Positions 15,511 to 21,799 of a stretch of 21,799 nucleotides of DNA are shown here, in pieces. The first letter of the stretch is position 1, and every line of letters begins with the position of its first letter. Origin of the DNA: a virus (lineage: Duplodnaviria; Heunggongvirae; Uroviricota; Caudoviricetes); the IMG/VR virus record IMGVR_UViG_3300037454_000941, positions 202,063 through 223,861 of that record; one strand, written 5' to 3'. The notes below the pieces were generated by a model. That model saw nothing but the letters and a program-made list of their open reading frames with translations, ran no database searches and was not told the origin of the DNA. The translations under genes and the position numbers were made by a program.

Positions 15511-18500
15511 ATGAGCGATATTAATAACGAACTTCCAAGAATGATTGACGGATTCGGCGATGACAAGCTGTTCGCTGAATGCGCAAAGTCAGACAAAAAT
15601 GGCCATTCGCTCGAACTGGGTATATCCGAGGATGACAAGATTATTACCATCGGCGGACGCCAGATAGCCGGTGTCGGCGGTGGCAACATGGTCGTACTGG
15701 ATGGCATAACATCGACATGGTGGGACATTGCACGCGCTCAGGCCGAGGGAAAGACGGTCTACCTGAAGTTCGGCATTCCTGGCTATTTCTCGTCCATCGT
15801 CGGTCCGTTGAAACACGCCCTCGGCACTATGGAGGACGGCAACAAGATCCAAGCCATCAAGCGTGCGTGGTACGCATCTCAATATTTCAGCGAGCTGAAG
15901 AAGATCAACCTGGCCTATCGAGCCCCAGCCGGTGAAATCGTTCCCGAAGAAGAGGGCGTGGAACCGACTTATCAGGAAGGATTCGTCCCGTTCACCTATG
16001 ATGAGGCTATGCAGCTGGCCTATGGCAAGCTGCCTCTCGAACGGTTCGACCTCTACATGTACGGTCGGGGGTGCGATATTTATCCTGGGGACGAATACAA
16101 CGGCAATACCGAGCCGTACCGTACATATGAATATCCGGCGGTTCCAAAGAACTTTGATCCGAATACCGACGCAACGCTCGATTTCTCTGATTATGTGTCC
16201 GGTCTGGACGACCCCACCACACGCGACAAGGCCCAGATGGATTATGACCGCTGGATCAAGGACGCTTCCGCCGGTGGCCTTCTGTCCATCACCGACCTGA
16301 CCGGAAGCAGCCGTCCGCACGTCATCAAGGACTACACTAGCACCGACGAATATATCCGTCACTTGGTGGGTTACTACTTCGACGAGATTCCGGAAACGAT
16401 TGTCAAGAAATATTCCGACCGGATGAACCAGTTCAACATGGCCTACCGCGCACCAGCAAATACGATTATACCAATAACGGAAGAACCGGAATATCAGACG
16501 AATTACATCCCGTTCGAGGAAGGCGATGCGGTAAAGCTCATCACCGGCCAGCTCACTTTGGAGAAATTCGTCGTATATTATTTTGCTGATCATTATGTCG
16601 ATGAATTTTACAACCCAGAGACCGACCCGACCCTCGATTTCAGTGAATATAACCTTCCCGACTTGTCAGATGATTCTGTGCGCAAGGCTGTAGAAGAAAC
16701 CTACGACGAGTGGGTTGCCGAAAATTACGAGGACATGATAAATGACATCTATGGCCAAGTGCTTCCATCCATTTTAGGCGTCCTCTATGATACCTTGCTC
16801 CCGTACGAAGTCGACCTTGACATTACCCTAGCCGGATTTCTCCGTGTCGGTATAGGGCTCGCCTACAAGCGTAGCATGCCTTTCATCACGCCGCGCTACA
16901 TGGCCATCGGTCTCCCGAATACGTACGCGGTCGACTTGTCATCGTTCAAGGATGCTGGTGCGGACCTTTCGACCCTGGAAGGCGTAATCGAGACGCTGGG
17001 CAACATCACCAGCGGCAAGCTCGTGGACACGCTGAGCGGCCTTGGAAACGGAGAAAGCGGATCTGGAATCGGCGGAATTCTCGGCGGCCTTATAGGCGGT
17101 TCCGAGGAATCCGATAACAGCGACGTGACTATCGAACCGCTGAATAGCGGAAGCCTCAATAAAGGCGGCTCTGTCCGTCTGGAAGCCACCCGTGATGGCG
17201 ATATCTCCGATAGCGGTGACGATCCGAGCGGAGACAATGACGATGATTCTAACGACAATGATAATGCTAATCCGATACTAGACTTGCTCGGAATCGACCA
17301 AGAACAGTTGGCCGGCGTGGTGGCCGGCATATCCGAAGCCACATTCGGACGTGATGACGACATATTCTATCTTTTTGCCGTGGGCATGGATGTCAATCGC
17401 CGCTTGTCGACAATTCCCGGATTGGAAGACATTCTTGGTCCAGACACCGACATTGAATTTGACCGGCACAAGGGTTTCATAGTCGACGTTAACGGATGGA
17501 ACATATTTGCACCAATTTCAGGTGACGCCTACACCGGTATCCAACTTGACACACTGATCGAGTATGTAGAGCAAATCGAGGATGTGATTGAACGACTCGG
17601 TGATACTATTCCGGGACTGGAATATATTCAAGGACTTATCGACGCCATAGGCGACTTGCTCGGTATCGGAATCAGCGTAACCCGCATCAAGGAACTTCTC
17701 CAACTCATCAACAACATGACGATGAGCTTCTCTACCGTATTGAACCAACGTGCCGTCTATCACCTTGTGGAAAAAGGATGGCCGGTATCCCTGCTCAAGT
17801 TTGACAAGGATGCGAAGCGGCTGTATTCGACACAGTGTCTGGCCAAGGTGGCCGGTGCTACCCCGTCCGCATCGGTCATTAACGTTTCGAACTTCGGTGG
17901 CCTGATCGGCACGGCGATAGCCGAACTGTTGATTCGCGCACTAGGTAACTACAACATGGAGATGCTCGTCGAGCTTGTTCTCGGGTTTACCTCCAGCGTA
18001 TCTTCCAATACGTTCAACGGCGCTGACGACGCAATCAAGAATGCGTTCGAAAAATATGTGCCACTTTACGGACTAGAGTGGCATGGGCTGACCGAAATTC
18101 CTATGGGTGCGGGCGTATTGGATGGCCTACCGCATGATCTCGCGAATATACACGTAAAGGCGGGAATCACGTTCCGCACTGACGAGGATGAGGATGGCGG
18201 CGTTACCGGGTCCGGTGTTGGCGGCGTATTCAACCGCACCAAGCTCAGCGTTGAGCAAATTGACACCGATTTCCTACGCTCTTACGTCAAAATCAACGAA
18301 GGTACTTCCTTCAACGAAGTGTACAAGGCCGCCGTGCTCGGCAAGGGCGTGCTCTATGAGAACGTACCGAGCGTATCCGCAGTTGTAGATGTTTCTTCCA
18401 CCGAAACCACTGATGGTGAAATAAAGTCGGCGAGCACCGAGCAGGATTCCAGCGACACGGCAATGCGCTCTTGGGAACTGCACGGAGAAGTGGTACCTAC

Positions 18501-21500
18501 CGTGTACGACGGAAAGAAGGCCGTACAGATGCGCATAGGTGCCGGCGATGGCTCCACCATCGACTTGGTCGGCGTGGAGAACACCGAGAACGTTCCGGAG
18601 TATGTTAAGATTGCTGGTGAATCGACCGAAGAAAAATGTGACGTTCGAGTAATTGCCATTGATGGCCAAGCGCACTCCATGTCATATCATATCTATAACC
18701 GAGATGACATCACTGGTGAAGGGGGAATTGCGTCATTGAAGTTGCATTGTGGACCCGGTGACATCGGGTCATACGAAATCGGTGTATTCGTTAAGGATAT
18801 ACCGGCAACATGCAATGAATTTGACCCGAATACGTCGATTGTACCAAGTTTTGCCGAAGTTAGCATTAATGACGTAGTGTACATTGGTACTATTGAATTT
18901 ACCCCGAATAGCACAGTGAAGATTCCCATTTGTGGAATTAATTGGTCTACCGAGACAGTTTTCCCATCATATATAAATCATGACCCCAGTAAGAACTTGC
19001 TGGTTGTTATTTGGAGTAACACTGACGAAGTAGTTGGTGAACCCACATTTCATTATGATGATGTTGAAAACTACGAACATACTTATTCGACATTGTGTGT
19101 ATCATCCACGAATAATTTTGATCCATTCGATGTTCCGGTGGAAACTGATGAAACCGAGCCAGTTATTGAGGAGGAATCCGATGATAACGAGTCTGATCCA
19201 TCGTTCACTATGACAGCAAAATTGGGTGTCGCCGATATCACTATTGGTTTCAGCGAGCCATATGCTGTACCGAAATATGAGTTGCCGATTACCATTGGCG
19301 ACAAGAACTCAAGCAAAACAAGCAATCGCATTTTCGGCATAGAAGGTAAGCCGTACTCGGTTTCATATCACATTTTCAACGCCAGTGATATAAAATGTGC
19401 CGGTGATATATCGTCGCTCAAACTCTATTGTAAAGATGGTTCGGAATGTACTCGCAATGTATGTGTATATCTGCAAACAACTTCAGATATTGATTATTTC
19501 CCTGACGGTTTGACTTTAGAAGAGTTAGCCAACAATAATCCCGTATCCGTATCGTGGAATGATTGCATTTACGCTGGACCACTACATTTTATACCAAATA
19601 GTGACATAGAAATATCAATTAATACAATTGATGAAACATATGCACTTATCCCCACCACGGTCCACTACAACGGTGAGGATAACATCCTTGTCGTAATTGA
19701 AGATTATAGTAATGATACTATCAGCGGAACAGCACCAGAATTTTCCTATACCCCATCGGATTCTGAAGATCCGCATGATTCATCGTTGTGCGTAGTAAGC
19801 GACAGTGACTATCTGGATCCGTGCAATCCGGGTAATTTTGCCGCCGTTGGCACTCTCTACTTAAAGGATGGCGCACCCACCATAACATTGAAATTCGCGG
19901 ACGGTGTCCGATACGACACCACAGCAAGCGAAGTACCAGACGAGGGTTCTGGAAACACCGGTCACTATGGACCTCTTCCGGTCAACTCCACTGACGCCGT
20001 TTGGAACGCTTCTCCGGTCTCCGAATCGCACATGATATATCCCGCCGAGTATATCCAGCGTGGCGGACTTATCACTGGAATTCGATTCTACTACTCGCCT
20101 TACTGGGACACCACTGCATACGGATATCGTAGCATGACTCGGCATCTCAAGGCATATATTCGATACACGCACTACACCGCGTTCACCAGCAAAACAGATT
20201 CTGTCGAACCACCGACTACCGGTAACTTGGTGTTCGATGGCAATGTGCTGTTCGAGGCCCGATTCAAGAACAATGACCTCGGCGAAAAGCACTGGTTGAC
20301 TCTCGAATTTGACGAAGGCGTATCGTTCGCCTACGACGGTTTCCACAGTCTGCTGGTTTCAGTGTATGACTACGGCGAAGCCGAAGAACCACCAACGGAA
20401 AAGCCGCCCTATGAGATATTCTCCTGCAGCCTGATGCCGGACACGAAGAACATCATGTCCATCGGCTCCAAGGTCAAGAAGGACTCGAACACTAACGAGA
20501 ATGTGTCTGTTCCATTCAGTTACAACTGCGTCCCGTTGTGCAATTTCGTATTCAGCGAGGACGAATCGGTTGACCCGGAACCGGAGCAGATAACCGATTC
20601 CGACCCGGTTACTCCCGACTGGGAAGCCAACCGAGTCGAAGGCACTGAACCGGTTGAATGGAAAATCGTGGCAACAGAGACTCGTGCAGTCTATGTCAAG
20701 ACTATCCAAGATGCAATGAAGAATTATAACTGGTTTGCTCCGCAGGGTATTGACGTATATCTGGAGTACGAACCACATACAAATGTCATAGACTTTGGTC
20801 CAAAGTCGAGCACTGGCTACGTTACGGACATCAACGACTTCATGCCCCCTTGGTACAATGGCGGTCCATTGCGCTTCAAGGTTCTTGAGGCGTCTTCACG
20901 CGAAGGGTTGCTTGCGGTTGCCGAACATGAAGAATTTGTTGGATATCATGGTATTATATATAGTAGTGTCAATGACGGAAACAAAGGTCGTTCTGCGTCC
21001 ATATCCGCTCCTGATATTCCGGTGTTGGTCAAATACTACCTATATGCCAGTGAAGAGTACGGCACGTTTACATTCGCCTACCGTCCGACCATTTCAATCG
21101 ATATCGATTACGACAGTGGCTACTGGAATCATGGATACGATAGTGGGTATTATTTTTATACAATGACTCCGGAATTCATGAGATACTCTGGATTCTGGGC
21201 ATATCAGCTATCGCCACTGATGATGGATGAAAACCGCAGCAGCTCCGATATATCGATTGCATATGGCGGTGTCGACATGACTCCATATTATTTCTTCGAG
21301 TCATTGTACAATAATATGGTGACGGTCAATATACATAGTTCTCACGATGCATATCAATTAGAGAACTGTGGTTCTAGCTATGCCGATTTTGTACGGTACG
21401 ATGCAAAAGATTTTACTGAAAATGGTATTTCAACTCTCCTATATGCCGAGCTGTTCTGTGGCAATAACGGCGAAATCCAGTATAACGCAGATCAAGGACG

Positions 21501-21799
21501 CTCAATATCAACATCCGACGTAGACGAGCCATACTACATCGGGTTGTATATGGATTACATGGAATACGAGCCGGACTTGCCACAGGGAAAGAGCCTCGTG
21601 CCACCCATCGAGCTCGCCCTCGAAGCTGACTCCGAGTACGTGTACCATATGGATTACATCCGCGGCGTTGAAATCGAACCGAACACGGTCAACGTCATAA
21701 CCATTTCCGACGCGGTAATTGACGAAACGGTCGAAATCATCGAAACTGTTAACGGAGATACTATCCGTCACCATTATGGCCAGGCCGACAGCCCAATCC
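15511..21799 (+). CDS. Giant acidic multidomain virion/fiber-like protein, >2096 aa, 3'-partial (absent from the supplied ORF track)
   Basis: I translated frame 1 from ATG 15511 (MSDINNELPRMIDGFGDDKLFAECAKSDKNG...) to the window end and found no stop in 2096 codons. It has fiber-type N-terminal motifs (AKSDKNG; WDIARAQAEGKTVYL), internal repeats and three divergent copies of the module seen in 10792..14541. Confidence 0.9.
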   Translation, partial: MSDINNELPRMIDGFGDDKLFAECAKSDKNGHSLELGISEDDKIITIGGRQIAGVGGGNMVVLDGITSTWWDIARAQAEGKTVYLKFGIPGYFSSIVGPLKHALGTMEDGNKIQAIKRAWYASQYFSELKKINLAYRAPAGEIVPEEEGVEPTYQEGFVPFTYDEAMQLAYGKLPLERFDLYMYGRGCDIYPGDEYNGNTEPYRTYEYPAVPKNFDPNTDATLDFSDYVSGLDDPTTRDKAQMDYDRWIKDASAGGLLSITDLTGSSRPHVIKDYTSTDEYIRHLVGYYFDEIPETIVKKYSDRMNQFNMAYRAPANTIIPITEEPEYQTNYIPFEEGDAVKLITGQLTLEKFVVYYFADHYVDEFYNPETDPTLDFSEYNLPDLSDDSVRKAVEETYDEWVAENYEDMINDIYGQVLPSILGVLYDTLLPYEVDLDITLAGFLRVGIGLAYKRSMPFITPRYMAIGLPNTYAVDLSSFKDAGADLSTLEGVIETLGNITSGKLVDTLSGLGNGESGSGIGGILGGLIGGSEESDNSDVTIEPLNSGSLNKGGSVRLEATRDGDISDSGDDPSGDNDDDSNDNDNANPILDLLGIDQEQLAGVVAGISEATFGRDDDIFYLFAVGMDVNRRLSTIPGLEDILGPDTDIEFDRHKGFIVDVNGWNIFAPISGDAYTGIQLDTLIEYVEQIEDVIERLGDTIPGLEYIQGLIDAIGDLLGIGISVTRIKELLQLINNMTMSFSTVLNQRAVYHLVEKGWPVSLLKFDKDAKRLYSTQCLAKVAGATPSASVINVSNFGGLIGTAIAELLIRALGNYNMEMLVELVLGFTSSVSSNTFNGADDAIKNAFEKYVPLYGLEWHGLTEIPMGAGVLDGLPHDLANIHVKAGITFRTDEDEDGGVTGSGVGGVFNRTKLSVEQIDTDFLRSYVKINEGTSFNEVYKAAVLGKGVLYENVPSVSAVVDVSSTETTDGEIKSASTEQDSSDTAMRSWELHGEVVPTVYDGKKAVQMRIGAGDGSTIDLVGVENTENVPEYVKIAGESTEEKCDVRVIAIDGQAHSMSYHIYNRDDITGEGGIASLKLHCGPGDIGSYEIGVFVKDIPATCNEFDPNTSIVPSFAEVSINDVVYIGTIEFTPNSTVKIPICGINWSTETVFPSYINHDPSKNLLVVIWSNTDEVVGEPTFHYDDVENYEHTYSTLCVSSTNNFDPFDVPVETDETEPVIEEESDDNESDPSFTMTAKLGVADITIGFSEPYAVPKYELPITIGDKNSSKTSNRIFGIEGKPYSVSYHIFNASDIKCAGDISSLKLYCKDGSECTRNVCVYLQTTSDIDYFPDGLTLEELANNNPVSVSWNDCIYAGPLHFIPNSDIEISINTIDETYALIPTTVHYNGEDNILVVIEDYSNDTISGTAPEFSYTPSDSEDPHDSSLCVVSDSDYLDPCNPGNFAAVGTLYLKDGAPTITLKFADGVRYDTTASEVPDEGSGNTGHYGPLPVNSTDAVWNASPVSESHMIYPAEYIQRGGLITGIRFYYSPYWDTTAYGYRSMTRHLKAYIRYTHYTAFTSKTDSVEPPTTGNLVFDGNVLFEARFKNNDLGEKHWLTLEFDEGVSFAYDGFHSLLVSVYDYGEAEEPPTEKPPYEIFSCSLMPDTKNIMSIGSKVKKDSNTNENVSVPFSYNCVPLCNFVFSEDESVDPEPEQITDSDPVTPDWEANRVEGTEPVEWKIVATETRAVYVKTIQDAMKNYNWFAPQGIDVYLEYEPHTNVIDFGPKSSTGYVTDINDFMPPWYNGGPLRFKVLEASSREGLLAVAEHEEFVGYHGIIYSSVNDGNKGRSASISAPDIPVLVKYYLYASEEYGTFTFAYRPTISIDIDYDSGYWNHGYDSGYYFYTMTPEFMRYSGFWAYQLSPLMMDENRSSSDISIAYGGVDMTPYYFFESLYNNMVTVNIHSSHDAYQLENCGSSYADFVRYDAKDFTENGISTLLYAELFCGNNGEIQYNADQGRSISTSDVDEPYYIGLYMDYMEYEPDLPQGKSLVPPIELALEADSEYVYHMDYIRGVEIEPNTVNVITISDAVIDETVEIIETVNGDTIRHHYGQADSPI
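15901..16722 (+). repeat. Two copies of a ~100-120 aa AYRAP repeat (15901-16263, 16429-16722)
   Basis: N(L/M)AYRAPA..I(V/I)P...YQ....PF....A..L..G.L.LE(R/K)F..Y...(D/N)P.TD.TLDFS(D/E)Y...DD....K....YD.W occurs twice. Confidence 0.8.

Larger units (their letters stand above)
1..21799. mobile_element. Segment of a large bacteriophage (or prophage) genome: small early/middle-type genes followed by a tail fiber/adhesin gene cluster
   Basis: Dense co-oriented ORFs with overlapping starts/stops, many short orphan ORFs, GGAGG/GAGGT RBSs, DUF5758 and HAD genes typical of phages, and fiber motifs (KFLKGDGTW; VDTALDEHSDNPISN; GKYN...LFIIGNG...RSNAFTV). No capsid, terminase or integrase gene is present, so this is inference. 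Confidence 0.75.

Noticed and set aside
5783-21799. Possible diversity-generating retroelement target or template repeats in the fiber genes
   Set aside because: The repeats differ mainly at synonymous positions and by indels, not only at adenines. I saw no near-identical ~100 bp pair and no reverse transcriptase. A DGR elsewhere in the genome cannot be excluded.
1-21799. CRISPR array, tRNA, rRNA or IS elements
   Set aside because: I saw no regularly spaced direct repeats, cloverleaf-like sequences or transposase motifs. Intergenic gaps are at most about 135 nt.
1-21799. Eukaryotic giant virus origin (fibril-like proteins plus a GT)
   Set aside because: Bacterial SD sequences, translational coupling and a Rho-independent terminator point to a prokaryotic host.

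Overview
This window looks like a segment of a large dsDNA bacteriophage or prophage genome. That call is inferred from gene packing, SD-type RBSs, DUF5758/HAD genes and tail-fiber motifs; no terminase, portal or capsid gene lies in the window. The left part (1-5713) holds tightly coupled small hypothetical ORFs, a lone minus-strand ClpP-family protease, a palindrome-rich divergent intergenic region, a HAD phosphatase and a beta-helix/DUF5758 protein, and ends at a strong terminator. The right part (5783-21799) is a cluster of fiber/adhesin-like genes: 305 aa, 1361 aa, 1249 aa, and a >2096 aa ORF that runs off the window and is missing from the supplied ORF track. A membrane-anchored GT2-like glycosyltransferase sits inside this cluster. 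Highlights are the hidden giant ORF, a ~170 aa beta-sandwich module present six times in two genes, a circularly permuted discoidin-like tip domain, low-GC cassettes inside a YadA-like fiber scaffold, and a shared TATAAACT motif upstream of both putative structural transcription units. All family assignments come from motif recognition by eye and need HMM or structure confirmation.
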